DNA of 64,000 bases from Rhodothermales bacterium. GTDB taxonomy: Bacteria > Bacteroidota > Rhodothermia > Rhodothermales > Bin80. The number at the start of each line of letters is the position of its first letter. Within the stretch, counting starts at the first letter, position 1. Below the pieces are notes generated by a model. It did no database searches. It saw only the letters and a list, made by a program, of their open reading frames with translations, and was not told where the DNA came from. Made by a program: the position numbers and the translations under genes. Positions 54,228 to 64,000 of the stretch are shown here, piece by piece. The stretch is taken from assembly GCA_965262785.1 (NCBI GenBank), contig OZ253559.1, forward strand, positions 923,571 through 987,570. Direction: 5' to 3'.

Positions 54228-55743
54228 CTAGGCAAGGATGCCCCGAACGACATGCGCCTGCTCAACACCTGTAAGTTTGTGGTCCAGTCCGCGAAACTTC
54301 ACGGTCAGGTGCTCGTGGTCTATGCCAAGTTGATGTAGCAACGTGGCGTTAAGGTCGCGAATGTGTACGGGATTCTCCAAAATGTTGTACGAAAAGTCAT
54401 CGGTTATTCCGTACTCAAATCCTGGTTTGATACCTCCTCCTGCCATCCACAGCGAAAAGCACCGCCCATGGTGATCCCTTCCGGAACTGGGATGGCCCAA
54501 GGCGCCCTGGCTGTACACCGTGCGTCCAAATTCGCCGCCCCAGACGACTAGGGTTTCGTCAAGCAAACCGCGCCGCTTAAGGTCTTTTACCAGGGCCGCG
54601 GAGGCCTGGTCTACGTCCCGGCACTGAGAAGGGAGCTGCTGCTGCAGGGCGATGTGCTGATCCCAGCCGCGGTGGAATAGCTGCACAAAGCGTACGCCCC
54701 GTTCGATCATGCGTCGCGCAAGCAGGCAGTTGGCGCTGTAGCTGCCTGGCTTGCGCGATTGGGGACCATACAACTCAAAAACCTCGGAGGGCTCATCGGA
54801 CAGGTCCATGAGCTCTGGAACTGCCGTCTGCATCCGGAAGGCCATCTCATAGGCTTCCACACGCGCCAGCGTTTCTGCATCGCCAACCTCCGCCGCCTGC
54901 CGAAGGTTGAGCGCAGCCAAGTCGTCCAGCATCTTCCTACGTTGGACTCGAGTGACTCCCGGCGGGTCTTGCAGGTATAGCACCGGGTTGACACCAGGTC
55001 TAAGAAGCACACCTTGATGGCTGGAAGGCAAGTAGCCACTGCCCCAAAGGCGAGCGAAGATGGGCTGACCCGGATTCTTGCCGCTTCCCTGCGAAAGCAG
55101 TACCACGTACGCTGGAAGGTTTTCATTTTCCCTGCCCAGCCCGTAACTGAGCCATGCGCCGAGGCTGGCATGCCCAATTTGCTGGGACCCCGTGTTGATG
55201 AAGGTGATGGCAGGGTCGTGGTTGATAGCCTCCGTATACATCGACTTGACGATGCATATGTCGTCGGCTATTGTCTGAATGTGCGGCAGCAGGTCGCTGA
55301 TCCATGTGCCGTGTGTTCCGCATCGTCGCATAGGCCACCACAGGAAACGAGTTCTGCCCCGCCGTCATGCCTGTCAGCCGCTGCTGTCCGCGCACCGAAG
55401 GCGGGAGCTCCGACGCGTGAAGATCTCGCTGCGCAGGCTTGTAGTCAAAGAGATCTACGTGCGACGGACCGCCCGACTGAAAGAGGTAGATGACGTGCTT
55501 GGCCTTGGGCACAAAGTGCGGCCCGCGCGTTGGCCGGCCCGACCCCGGAATAACAGGCTGGGATGCCGGTGAGAAAAGTCCAGGAAAGAGCAGCGAGGCA
55601 AGTCCCAAGCGGCCGATGCCGCGCGACGCCTGGCCCAAAAACGTACGCCGCGTCAGGACCTGTTCGTGCTCGCAAAGAGGATGCATCAGCTGCGTGTAAT
55701 GGTCTCGCTTAGGTTTAGCAACAGGCTGGCTACGACCGTCCAA
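54228..55743 (-). pseudogene. DUF1501 (sulfatase-like) protein interrupted by a frameshift
   Basis: The N-terminal part is in frame with 55686 (MHPLCEHEQVLTRRTFLGQASRGIG.., Tat-like signal, [37 protein letters not shown]). The C-terminal part is in another frame from about 55331 (..[40 protein letters not shown]..). The frame switch is within about 55320..55345. The likely start ATG at 55684-55686 overlaps the upstream gene's TGA. Confidence 0.75.
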
Positions 55744-58700
55744 GCCGCATGCTCGGCTATGTCCAATGCCTCATTGCGGGGGGACTCGCCTACGCTCAGG
55801 TAGGATAGCGCGCGCTGCGGGTCAACACTGAAAGTCGCACGCTCTTCTTCAAGGCGTTGTGCAAGGATTCTCTTCATCTCCCGACCAGCCTCCCGGCCGG
55901 TAACTTCATTGACGGCGAACGCTATTCGCTCTTCTGGCGGAACCAGCAGGATCCGTTCGGCGAGCGCTCGGCTGGCTTCCACGAACTGCGGATCGTTAAG
56001 CAGCACCAGGGCCTGGAGCGGCGTGTTGGTTCCACCTCTGGTCACCGTACACACCTCGCGCGTAGGCGCGTCAAATGCCATCATTGCTGGCGGCGGCGCG
56101 GTGCGTTTCCAATACGTATAGAGGCTGCGGCGGTACAGTTTCTCTCCGTGATCCTGCACGAAGGCCTGGGCGGTGGCCGGTGTGCTGCCGTAGTGGCTTA
56201 CCTCCTTCCATAAGCCAGGTGGCTGGTATGGATTGACACTGGGGCCGCCCAGGCGGGGCACAAGCAGCCCGCTGACTTTGAGCGCACCGTCACGAATGAA
56301 TTCCGCCGGCAAGCGGAACCGCGCACCGCGTGCAAGGAGCTCGTTGTTGGGATCGGCCGCCAATAGCTCAGGCGAGGCGCTGGAAGACTGGCGGTAGGTG
56401 GCCGACATCACAATCATCTTGAGCAAGCCCTTGACGTCATAGCCAGACGCAATGAATGCCGTTGCCAGGTGGTCCAGCAGCGCCGGGTGGGAGGGCAGTG
56501 CGCCGCGTGCTCCGAAGTCTGCAGGTGTTGCGACCAGGCCGCGGCCAAAAAGCAGGTGCCAGAACCTGTTGACGGCCACACGGGCCGTGAGCGGATGGTC
56601 TGGCCGGAAGAGCCACTCGGCCAGCTCCAGGCGCGAGAGCGATGAGTCTGCGGACACTGGGGGCAAGAATGCCGGCACGCCAGGCGATACCGTCTCCGTG
56701 GGCTGATCATATTGCCCGCGGTGCAGCACATGCGTTGGGCGCGCTGCCGCTGCACGCGCCATCACCATGGTCGGGAATGCCTCTGTCAAGACCGCCAGAC
56801 GCTCCTCCAGGTTCTCTTCCTCGTACCTGAGTGACGCGGCAGCATCGGAGGTGGAGGCAAACGTGGCCTGCAGAAGCTCCTGCTGCGCAACATCGCGCGC
56901 CTCGGGGGCGGTCAGTAGCGCAGCCTGTACCGGTGGCGGGTGAACCGATCCGTCGTCCTTGCCCTCCATCGCAAAGATGCGAAAATGCCCCGCGATCTGA
57001 TTGTTGCCCTCACCAAAGCTGAACATCACGGTAATATGCCGCGTCACTGCGGGATCAAGCGGGGCTTCCAGCGTCAGGGTGATGTGCTGCGCTTCGCTAT
57101 TGTTGGACGAAGGTGACCATCCGTTGATGCGCCGGTCATCCAGTGCATCCAGCGCAGGATAGTCGGCGCTCGCAGATGTAGCCGTTATGCGATGGATTGG
57201 CAGGGCCAAGTGCGGATCTACCTGCTCAGAAGGCTGCGAGCCCGCACTCACATGGACACTGGTCAGAATGAAGCCGCCCTCCGGGCCATGGCCGACGCGT
57301 CCGGCTTGGGATGGATAAAACACTATTCGCAGTCCCGTGATGGGCTGCCCGAGACCTTCGGAACCCAGCGAAACATTGTACGCAGCCAGCCAACCCGGCT
57401 CCGCGATACGTACCGATCCATCCTCAAGCACCTCTCCAGTATACCCACTGTTTGGTGTCGTTACGCCCCGAGCACGAAGCGCATGCAGGGCCAATCCCTC
57501 TCCGCGCTGTGCCAAGACCGCGCGTTGCCGTTCCTCCCAAGCTCTCTGTCTTGGACTGGGCGCGCGAAGCTCTTCGCGGACACGAGCCAAAGCAGCTTTG
57601 ACTTCAGCGATCTCCTCTTCTGTAGCAAGAACGGTCCTGGCCTTAAGAGAAGGAACAGGGTTGATGCCGCTGTTGCCATCCAGCCCGCGCTCCTCGATCG
57701 TGTTGAAGAACGCAAAGAGCCGGTAGTAGTCGCGCTGTGTGATTGGATCGTACTTATGGTCGTGGCACTGCGCACAAGCCAACGTAAGTCCCAAAAACAC
57801 TTCTCCCGTCGTCTTTACGCGGTCCGCGACGTAGTTGGTGAGGTTTTCTTCAGGTATTGTTCCGCCCTCATGCGTGATCATGTGATTCCGATGGAATCCC
57901 GTAGCCACGTGCTGCATCTCGGTCGAATTGGGCAGCAAATCGCCGGCCAGCTGCTCCGTAACGAATGCATCAAAGGGCATGTTGGCGTTAAAGGCACCTA
58001 TGACCCAGTCCCGCCAAATCCACATGTGCCGCCCGCCGTCTATAGAATAGCCATTGGTGTCAGCATAGCGCGCGAGGTCCAGCCAATGCAGCGCCATACG
58101 CTCACCATAGTGAGGCGAGGACAATAGCCGATCCACCAGGACTTCGTAGGCGCCGCGATTCCCCCTCGACACAAACTCGCGTACCTCTTCCGCTGACGGC
58201 GGCAGTCCGGTAAGGTCCCAATACAGTCGTCGAATCAGTGTTCGGCGGTCAGCTACTTTGGACGGCTTCATCCCCTCGCGCTCCAGGCGAGACAGAACGA
58301 ATCGATCGATGCCATTCCGCGGCCAGCTCCCATCCCGTATGGAGGGTGAGGCCACTGCTTCAGGCGGCAGGAATGCCCAATGAGGCTTCCACTTAGCGCC
58401 CTGTTCAATCCAGCGCCGCAAGATGGCGATGTCCGCGTCCGAAAGCTGCCGCGGCGCTTCCGGCGGCGGCATGCGCTCCTTCGCTATGGGCGAAGCAATG
58501 CGCCGTACAAGCTCGCTTTCGGCCGCCATGTTCGGCACGATGACAAATCGGCTGGAGTCATCTTTAAGTGCAGCAAAAAGCCCTTCCTGCGTGTGCAATG
58601 AGAGGTCTTTCTTGCGGCTCTCTGGATCGTGGCCATGGCACAAAAAGCAATGCTCCGCCAGGATCGGCTTGACGTGGAAGTTGTAGTCAACGACCTCCGG

Positions 58701-58814
58701 CGGCTGACCGTGCTCACGCGGCGCACACGACATGACGCACAGGACGCTGAGAACGGCGACGTAGCCTGCGATCCTTATGTGCCACAGCGAAGCCACGGGG
58801 GTATTGCAGTACAA
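55686..58814 (-). CDS. PSD1 / DUF1549 / DUF1553 protein with N-terminal planctomycete-type cytochrome c motif
   Basis: 1042 aa. CFLCHG (CxxCH) near the N-terminus. DUF1549-like block IDRFVLSRLEREGMKPS..LIRRLYWDLTGLPP. DUF1553-like C-terminal region. This is the classic partner of DUF1501 genes. Confidence 0.85.
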   Translation of the reverse strand: MYCNTPVASLWHIRIAGYVAVLSVLCVMSCAPREHGQPPEVVDYNFHVKPILAEHCFLCHGHDPESRKKDLSLHTQEGLFAALKDDSSRFVIVPNMAAESELVRRIASPIAKERMPPPEAPRQLSDADIAILRRWIEQGAKWKPHWAFLPPEAVASPSIRDGSWPRNGIDRFVLSRLEREGMKPSKVADRRTLIRRLYWDLTGLPPSAEEVREFVSRGNRGAYEVLVDRLLSSPHYGERMALHWLDLARYADTNGYSIDGGRHMWIWRDWVIGAFNANMPFDAFVTEQLAGDLLPNSTEMQHVATGFHRNHMITHEGGTIPEENLTNYVADRVKTTGEVFLGLTLACAQCHDHKYDPITQRDYYRLFAFFNTIEERGLDGNSGINPVPSLKARTVLATEEEIAEVKAALARVREELRAPSPRQRAWEERQRAVLAQRGEGLALHALRARGVTTPNSGYTGEVLEDGSVRIAEPGWLAAYNVSLGSEGLGQPITGLRIVFYPSQAGRVGHGPEGGFILTSVHVSAGSQPSEQVDPHLALPIHRITATSASADYPALDALDDRRINGWSPSSNNSEAQHITLTLEAPLDPAVTRHITVMFSFGEGNNQIAGHFRIFAMEGKDDGSVHPPPVQAALLTAPEARDVAQQELLQATFASTSDAAASLRYEEENLEERLAVLTEAFPTMVMARAAAARPTHVLHRGQYDQPTETVSPGVPAFLPPVSADSSLSRLELAEWLFRPDHPLTARVAVNRFWHLLFGRGLVATPADFGARGALPSHPALLDHLATAFIASGYDVKGLLKMIVMSATYRQSSSASPELLAADPNNELLARGARFRLPAEFIRDGALKVSGLLVPRLGGPSVNPYQPPGLWKEVSHYGSTPATAQAFVQDHGEKLYRRSLYTYWKRTAPPPAMMAFDAPTREVCTVTRGGTNTPLQALVLLNDPQFVEASRALAERILLVPPEERIAFAVNEVTGREAGREMKRILAQRLEEERATFSVDPQRALSYLSVGESPRNEALDIAEHAAWTVVASLLLNLSETITRS

Positions 58815-60653
58815 TTACCAGGCGATACCGTAGTCTTCACCGTGATGGCTGGCACCGCCCCAGAGAGTGCCATGCTCCCGGTCAAAGAAAATGGCAGTGA
58901 TGGGCCCGGAGGTTCGGGCACTAAACGTGGTAGTATACCCCATTTCGCGCAACTCTGCCCGTACCCATGGCGGCGTGGCGTCCTGAAGCAGCAGGCGCCC
59001 CGGGCGCGACGTGTGCTCCCCAAAGGAGCCGCGCAGCTGGAAGCTGTTGATGTTGGCGGCCTCCACGGACTGCTGCACGTTCATGTCGAACTCCACGACA
59101 TTCAGAAAAAACTGAAGCAGATTCTGATCCTGACTGTCACCGCCCTGTACTGCGAAAGACAGGTACGGCTTGCCGTCTTTCAGCGCCATTCCCGGCGTCA
59201 AGGTGGCGCGTGGACGCTTGCCGGGTTCCACAACGTTATAAGGATTCTCTGCCGGGTCCAGCACAAAGCTCTGCATCCTTTGACTGAGGCCGATGCCGGT
59301 CCTGCCGGCGATGACTGCCGGTATCCACCCGCCGCTGGGCGTCACCGATACAACCCATCCTTCTTTGTCTGCAGCCTGAATCGAGGTGGTGCCGGCGTAG
59401 AAGTCGGCCTCGTAGCCAGCGTCGCTGGTCTCTCCTCCAGGATCCGGTGTCCACTCGTCCAGATAGTGGAGGAACGGGTTTTCGCCGCCCTGGAAGGGAT
59501 ACGGGTCGCCCGGTTTGGCGTCAGGATTATTCTGTTCCCAGTCGATGGTCTCACTGCGCGACTTGGCGTATTCTTTGGACAGGAGGCCTTCGAGCGGCTC
59601 GGCGGGAGGGTAGTAGGGGTCACCGTAGTAGAAGTCGCGATCCGCAAACGCCATATTCATGACCTGATACAGGGTATGGATGTAGCGGGTACTATTGTAC
59701 CCCATCGCCTTCAAGTCGAAGTTTTCGAGCATGTTGAGCGCCTGAAGCATGACCGGGCCTTGCACCCAAGACGTTAACTTGTACACCTCGATGCCGCTAT
59801 AGGTAGTCATGGCGGGCTCTTCCTGGTACACTTGCCACTGATCCAGGTCCTCCATGGTGATCAGGCCGCCTTGCTCCTGCGTTCCCCGTACGATCTCTTC
59901 GGCTATGTCTCCGCGGTAGAAGCGGTCGTAGGCCGCGTAGATCGCTGCTTGGCGAGACTTGCCTGCCGCCAGCGCCTCGGCTTCGGCGTCAATTAGCCTT
60001 TGCAGGGTCTTCGCGAGGTCCTTCTGCCTGAAGATCTCCCCAGGTTTGGGAGCTTCGAACTCCTCGCCAAAGTTGGGCAGCATCACGCTCCGTGAATACG
60101 GCCACTGTTTCAGCTTATCCTTTTGTCCCTCAATGCTTTGCGAAGCTTGAGCCTCGATGGCATACCCTTCAGCCATCTGGAGCGAGGGCCCAAGAACATC
60201 GGCGAGGCTGAGCGAGCCATACTCCGCGAGCATGACCATGAGTCCGCCGGGCGTGCCGGGGGTTACAGCGGCCAGTGGCCCGAACTCTGGAGGGTACTTC
60301 AGGTCCTTTTCCTTGAAGAATATCGCAGTCGCACCCGAGGGTGCAGTGCCCAGGGCATTGATGCCGATGACCTTGCCCGTGTTGGGGTTGTAGATGAGCG
60401 CCTGGGTTTCGCCGCCCCAGCTTAGGACATCCCACATCGTGGCGGTGGCCCCGAGCATCGCGCACGCGGCATCAACGGCATTGCCACCTTTGGCAAACAT
60501 CATCGCGCCGGCGGTGGCCCCAAGCGGCTTGCCGGTAATGGCCACCCAATGTCGTCCATGAAGAACGGGTTTCACTGTACGCTGGGCTAGGGCCGCCGAA
60601 GGCAGCAGCAGCGCAATGGCTGCCAGCGCAGAAATGCAGCGTGCCTGGTTCAT
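58815..60653 (-). CDS. ggt: Gamma-glutamyltransferase
   Basis: 612 aa with a signal peptide. GGNAVDAA block. Autoprocessing/nucleophile region ..FYAGTTSIQAADKEGWVVSVTPSGG. The stop abuts the start of the next gene. Confidence 0.88.
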   Translation of the reverse strand: MNQARCISALAAIALLLPSAALAQRTVKPVLHGRHWVAITGKPLGATAGAMMFAKGGNAVDAACAMLGATATMWDVLSWGGETQALIYNPNTGKVIGINALGTAPSGATAIFFKEKDLKYPPEFGPLAAVTPGTPGGLMVMLAEYGSLSLADVLGPSLQMAEGYAIEAQASQSIEGQKDKLKQWPYSRSVMLPNFGEEFEAPKPGEIFRQKDLAKTLQRLIDAEAEALAAGKSRQAAIYAAYDRFYRGDIAEEIVRGTQEQGGLITMEDLDQWQVYQEEPAMTTYSGIEVYKLTSWVQGPVMLQALNMLENFDLKAMGYNSTRYIHTLYQVMNMAFADRDFYYGDPYYPPAEPLEGLLSKEYAKSRSETIDWEQNNPDAKPGDPYPFQGGENPFLHYLDEWTPDPGGETSDAGYEADFYAGTTSIQAADKEGWVVSVTPSGGWIPAVIAGRTGIGLSQRMQSFVLDPAENPYNVVEPGKRPRATLTPGMALKDGKPYLSFAVQGGDSQDQNLLQFFLNVVEFDMNVQQSVEAANINSFQLRGSFGEHTSRPGRLLLQDATPPWVRAELREMGYTTTFSARTSGPITAIFFDREHGTLWGGASHHGEDYGIAW

Positions 60654-60731
60654 GGCAATAGGAGTTGTGTTACAGCTATGGTGCTATCCCCAAGAAGGTA
60701 ATCCAAACAAAGTACTGTCCTTGCAGTGGAC

Positions 60732-61973
60732 TCACAGGGTGCGCCGTAGCGGGGCGCCTTCTCCGAGGTCCGGCAGGATGTGGCCCATCCTGTCGCGCTT
60801 AGTGCGCAGGTAGGATGCATTCGTCTCATTGGCGGGAACCTCAATAGGCACGCGCTCTGTTATTTCGAGCCCGTATCCATGCAGCCCGACCCGCTTGGTC
60901 GGGTTGTTCGTCATCAGCTTCAGCTTCTTGATCCCAAGGGCTCGCAGGATCTGGCAACCGATGCCGTAGTCCCGGTGATCCATCCTGAACCCAAGTGCTT
61001 CGTTTGCCTCAACGGTATCCAGGCCCTGCTCTTGAAGCTCGTAGGCGCGCAGCTTGTTCAGCAGCCCGATGCCGCGCCCCTCTTGTTTCATATAGAGAAT
61101 GACGCCTGCGCCTTCGGACTCGACATGCTGGATGGCCTTTCGCAACTGGTCGCCGCAGTCGCAGCGATGCGATCCGAAAATGTCGCCCGTGACGCATTGG
61201 GAATGGACGCGCGTAAGCACCGGATCCTTCTCGGTCCAGGTTCCCTTGTAGAGGGCCAGGTGCACCTCTTGCGTAAGTTCTTCCTCAAAGGCGGCCAGTT
61301 TGAAATGTCCGAATTTTGTCGGCAGTTTCACATCTGCCACGCGACGAATCAACGTCGTGCGCTGCATCCTGTACGCGACCAGATCGCTGATCGTGACGAT
61401 CCGCATGGCATGGCGCCGGGCCATGTTCAAGAGCTCCGGCACGCGGGCCATGGTGCCGTCCTCGTTCATGATTTCGACCAGCGTGCCTACGGGCTGAAGT
61501 CCGGCGAGCCGGCAGAGGTCCACAGTGGCTTCAGTATGCCCGGTGCGCCGAAGCACGCCACCTCGGTGTGCCCGCAGGGGAAAGACATGGCCGGGCCTTG
61601 CAAAGTCACCCGGCTTGGCCGCCGGGTCAGCGAGCGCGCGGATCGTCGCCGCACGATCTGCGGCGCTGATGCCCGTGGAGGTGTTGCGCCGGTAGTCTAC
61701 CGAAACCGTAAAAGGCGTGTCGTACAGGCCTGTATTGCGCTGGACCATCATGTCCAACTCGAGCGCGTTCGTGCGCTCCGCGGTCATCGGAACACAGATG
61801 AGGCCGCGCCCGATGGTGGCCATAAAGTTGACCAGTTCGGGCGTGATAGTTTGAGCTGCGCCGATGAAGTCGCCTTCGTTCTCGCGATCTTCGTCGTCAA
61901 CGACAATGACGAGCTTGCCGGCGCGAATGTCGGCGATAGCATCTTCGATGGCATCGAAGGTATCGCTCTGCAT
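60732..61973 (-). CDS. ribBA: Bifunctional 3,4-dihydroxy-2-butanone-4-phosphate synthase / GTP cyclohydrolase II
   Basis: 413 aa. [10 protein letters not shown] and GHTEA (RibB half). [20 protein letters not shown] and EGRGIGL (RibA half). Confidence 0.92.
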   Translation of the reverse strand: MQSDTFDAIEDAIADIRAGKLVIVVDDEDRENEGDFIGAAQTITPELVNFMATIGRGLICVPMTAERTNALELDMMVQRNTGLYDTPFTVSVDYRRNTSTGISAADRAATIRALADPAAKPGDFARPGHVFPLRAHRGGVLRRTGHTEATVDLCRLAGLQPVGTLVEIMNEDGTMARVPELLNMARRHAMRIVTISDLVAYRMQRTTLIRRVADVKLPTKFGHFKLAAFEEELTQEVHLALYKGTWTEKDPVLTRVHSQCVTGDIFGSHRCDCGDQLRKAIQHVESEGAGVILYMKQEGRGIGLLNKLRAYELQEQGLDTVEANEALGFRMDHRDYGIGCQILRALGIKKLKLMTNNPTKRVGLHGYGLEITERVPIEVPANETNASYLRTKRDRMGHILPDLGEGAPLRRTL

Positions 61974-62053
61974 GGCATGCGGCTTTATGCGGCCCGCACC
62001 GGCGTTGGTACCGCATGGGAGAGCGGTATGGGCGCGGCGCCACTCCCCGGGGA

Positions 62054-62359
62054 TTACCCTCTTGGTTTCACAGTAGCGAGGGCGCTCTTTTCAATACGCA
62101 GCTTGACGTTGGTGTACACCTCGGCCAGAACGCTTTCGTCGTCTACCTGGAGCACTGTGCCATGGATGCCGCCGGCGGTTATCACCTTGTCATGCTTACG
62201 TACTGCCGCAATCATGGCCTTGCGGTCCTTTTCGCGCTTCTTCTGCGGGCGAATGATAAAAAAGTAGAAGATCAGAAAGAGAAGGAGGATCGGCAGCAGC
62301 ATAGTAGCGAAGCTACCCTGGCCTGTCCCTGCCTGAATCAAAACAAGAGTGAGAAACAT
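62054..62359 (-). CDS. yajC: Preprotein translocase subunit YajC
   Basis: The internal Met at 62359 gives 101 aa: a TM segment, then [39 protein letters not shown]. The longer track ORF (to 62476) would run into the SRP RNA. Confidence 0.85.
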   Translation of the reverse strand: MFLTLVLIQAGTGQGSFATMLLPILLLFLIFYFFIIRPQKKREKDRKAMIAAVRKHDKVITAGGIHGTVLQVDDESVLAEVYTNVKLRIEKSALATVKPRG

Positions 62360-62443
62360 GATGCTGGCGCTGGGGAAATTAGCCCATGAAAATACGATGC
62401 CATCGCCCCATTTGCACGGGACGTCCGCTGCATGTATCTGAGT

Positions 62444-62560
62444 AAAAAAAAGAAGGGTAAGCGTACCGCATCGCATCGCTACGACCTCCTACCGCTGCTG
62501 CCTTCCGGCCCTGACGGGGTTCAGAGGGAGCTGACCGCGCGGGACTCACCCTTCAGCCCC
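62444..62560 (-). ncRNA. ffs: Signal recognition particle RNA (small bacterial 4.5S type)
   Basis: The minus strand reads ..GCUGAAGGGUGAGUCCCGCGCGGUCAGCUCCCUCUGAACCCCGUCAGGGCCGGAAGGCAGCAGCGGUAGGAGGUCGUAGCGAUGCGAUGCGGUACGCUUACCCUUCUUUUUUUU. The block GUCAGGGCCGGAAGGCAGCAGC matches the universally conserved domain IV of 4.5S RNA (E. coli GUCAGGUCCGGAAGGAAGCAGC) with its GGAA tetraloop. GAAGGGUGAG pairs with CUUACCCUUC to close a long hairpin. It ends in a U8 run. The ends are uncertain by about 5 nt. Confidence 0.8.
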
Positions 62561-62580
62561 CCAAACGTACCACGTTGGGG
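62559..62580 (-). terminator. Hairpin just downstream of priA / upstream of the SRP RNA
   Basis: The minus strand CCCCAACGU-GGU-ACGU(U)UGGGG forms a 9-bp stem with one bulge and a 3-nt loop, 16 nt after the priA stop. There is no U-tract, so the function is uncertain. It may be part of the ffs 5' end or promoter context. Confidence 0.3.
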
Positions 62581-62595
62581 ACGGTTCCGCGCCCT

Positions 62596-64000
62596 TTAGA
62601 AAGTGCCAATGGCGTCGACATTGATGGCGACGCGGTAGCCACCGGGAACGGCGCCAAAGTCGTTCCTTACCTGCCGCAACCAGCTGCTGAGACCGCGGAA
62701 TGATCGTGGCGCCTTGATCATTATGTGAAATCGCCACTTGGTCTTCACGCGTGCGATAAAAGCCGGTTCTGGTCCCAGCATCTGGAGACCAGTGGGGAGC
62801 TGCTTGGCCGCCAGGTCCCTCCACTGCTTCGCGATTTTGGCGGTGCGCCCCTCATCCGGTCCTCGTACCTCTATGTTGACCAGGCGCCCGAACGGTGGGT
62901 AGAACAGCTGGTCCCGCGCCTCCAGGAGCGTTTGAGCAAATCCGCTGTAGTCATGCTCTCTGACGTGATCGAAGATGGGATGGTCCGGGCGGCGGGTCTG
63001 GAGCATGACTTCGCCGCGTAGCGCATGACGCCCGGCACGTCCGGAGACCTGCATCAGCAGTTGGGCCGCGCGTTCTTCAGCCCTGAAGTCCGGCAGTCCC
63101 ATGCCTACGTCGGCGCTGACCACGCCGACCAGCGTTACGCGGCCAAAGTCGAGTCCCTTGGCCACCATTTGCGTCCCCACCAGGATGTCTGCGTGGCCTT
63201 GCCCGAATTCGCTCAGGATGGCGTAGTGCGCGTCTTTTCGGTGGGTAGTATCCAGATCCATGCGCAGCACCCGCGCATCGGGAAAGAAGCGCTTGAGTTC
63301 TTCCTGGACGCGCTGCGTACCGGCCCCCAGCTGTGCAAAGTCGTCGGCCCCGCACTCGGGGCACGCAGGCGGCAGGCGCGTAGAGTAGCCACAGTAGTGG
63401 CAACGCAGTGTTTCTCTTGCCCGGTGATACGTAAGCGTAACCGAGCAGTCGGTGCACGCAGGCAGCCAGCCGCAACGCTGGCATTCCCATATCGGTGAGT
63501 ATCCACGTCGATTCTGAAGCAGGATTACCTGCTCCTTGCGTTCAAGGCGCAGCGCTATGGCTTGGCGCAAGGATTTTGACAACGCACTTTGCCGTCGGCC
63601 GGAGCGCCGCTCGGCCCGAAGATCTATGAGCTGAATGTCTGGCAATGGCGCGGCCTCCAAGCCTGGCACTGGTACCCGTTCCTTCATGGTGAGGAGACCA
63701 TACTTGCCGGTGTGCACATTGTGCAGGCTTTCCAGCGACGGCGTTGCCGAGCCCAAAATGCATACTGCGCCGTCCATCTTAGCGCGCATCACGGCGACAT
63801 CCCGCGCGTGATAGCGAGGCGCCGGGTCATGCTGCTTGTATGACGAGTCGTGCTCTTCATCGACCACGATGAGGCCGAGGTTGGACATGGGCGCCAGAAT
63901 GGCAGACCGCGGCCCAATTGCTACGGAGCAGCGGCCGCTGCGCAACAGGCGCCACGCATCGTAGCGCTCGCCGAAGCTCATTCGTGAGTGCAGCACTGCG
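62596..64000 (-). CDS. priA: Primosomal protein N' (replication restart helicase PriA), C-terminal part; gene continues beyond the window end
   Basis: The frame is open to position 64000. It has the DEAH-type VVDEEHDSSYKQ, the PriA zinc-binding Cys cluster (CQRCGWLPACTDCSVTLTYHRARETLRCHYCG...CPECG) and helicase motif VGTQMVAKGLDF. Confidence 0.9.
   Translation of the reverse strand, partial: AVLHSRMSFGERYDAWRLLRSGRCSVAIGPRSAILAPMSNLGLIVVDEEHDSSYKQHDPAPRYHARDVAVMRAKMDGAVCILGSATPSLESLHNVHTGKYGLLTMKERVPVPGLEAAPLPDIQLIDLRAERRSGRRQSALSKSLRQAIALRLERKEQVILLQNRRGYSPIWECQRCGWLPACTDCSVTLTYHRARETLRCHYCGYSTRLPPACPECGADDFAQLGAGTQRVQEELKRFFPDARVLRMDLDTTHRKDAHYAILSEFGQGHADILVGTQMVAKGLDFGRVTLVGVVSADVGMGLPDFRAEERAAQLLMQVSGRAGRHALRGEVMLQTRRPDHPIFDHVREHDYSGFAQTLLEARDQLFYPPFGRLVNIEVRGPDEGRTAKIAKQWRDLAAKQLPTGLQMLGPEPAFIARVKTKWRFHIMIKAPRSFRGLSSWLRQVRNDFGAVPGGYRVAINVDAIGTF

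Noticed and set aside
58629-59777. 382-aa plus-strand ORF
   Set aside because: It is antisense to ggt and to the PSD1 gene start. It is a shadow ORF.
61974-62053. Possible FMN (RFN) riboswitch upstream of ribBA
   Set aside because: Only 80 nt are available, and none of the conserved RFN blocks is present. It is probably co-transcribed with yajC or uses a simple promoter.
60780-62267. 495-aa plus-strand ORF
   Set aside because: It is antisense to ribBA and yajC, both of which have unambiguous signatures. It has no recognisable domain.
62360-62476. N-terminal 39 codons of track ORF 62054..62476
   Set aside because: The extension overlaps the SRP RNA 3' end and U-tract. The YajC homology begins at the internal Met (62359).
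1-64000. CRISPR arrays, tRNA, rRNA and prophage genes
   Set aside because: I saw no regularly spaced 25-40 bp repeats, no tRNA T-arm/acceptor patterns, no rRNA-like sequence, and no integrase, capsid or terminase genes. This was an eye scan, not a tRNAscan or cmsearch run.

Overview
High-GC (~60%+, judged by eye) bacterial chromosome segment. The gene content suggests Bacteroidota/Rhodothermia: a T9SS C-terminal sorting domain, a Bacteroidetes-type SDH cytochrome b, bshA, and PSD1/DUF1501 pairs. This taxon call is inference only. Most of the window is housekeeping: sdhCA, gltA, rng, aroQ, nadE, moxR, tal/fsa, pdxJ-era-pdxB, bshA, folA, thyA, ggt, ribBA, yajC, priA. I found one ncRNA that the ORF track hides, an SRP (4.5S) RNA at about 62444..62560 on the minus strand. 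There are three apparently intact IS elements: IS1634-like at 14.56-16.66 kb, IS1595-like at 30.9-32.15 kb, and IS1380-like at about 48.1-49.6 kb. There is also one decayed transposase fragment at 53.2-54.2 kb. The accessory part is an island of about 8 kb (46.3-54.2 kb). It holds a secreted Cys-repeat protein, the IS1380 element, and a decaying Type III R-M locus. The res gene has an in-frame amber and is truncated and fused to a HerA-like fragment. The mod gene appears to lack AdoMet motif I. An apparently intact HepT/MNT toxin-antitoxin pair is translationally coupled between mod and res. The two candidates I rate highest for an undescribed system are as follows. (1) 34.9-41.0 kb holds a tandemly duplicated two-gene module: a small membrane-anchored Cys/His-motif protein followed by a ZnuD-like TonB-dependent receptor with His/Asp/Glu-rich loops. 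(2) 29.8-30.8 kb holds a MamK-family actin-like gene inside a thyA / cell-wall amidase / folA operon, with an IS1595 inserted just upstream. I saw no CRISPR array, tRNA, rRNA or prophage. Many long ORFs in the track are antisense shadows of real genes. The track also shows GTG/TTG first codons as M, so I moved several starts to internal ATG/TTG positions.
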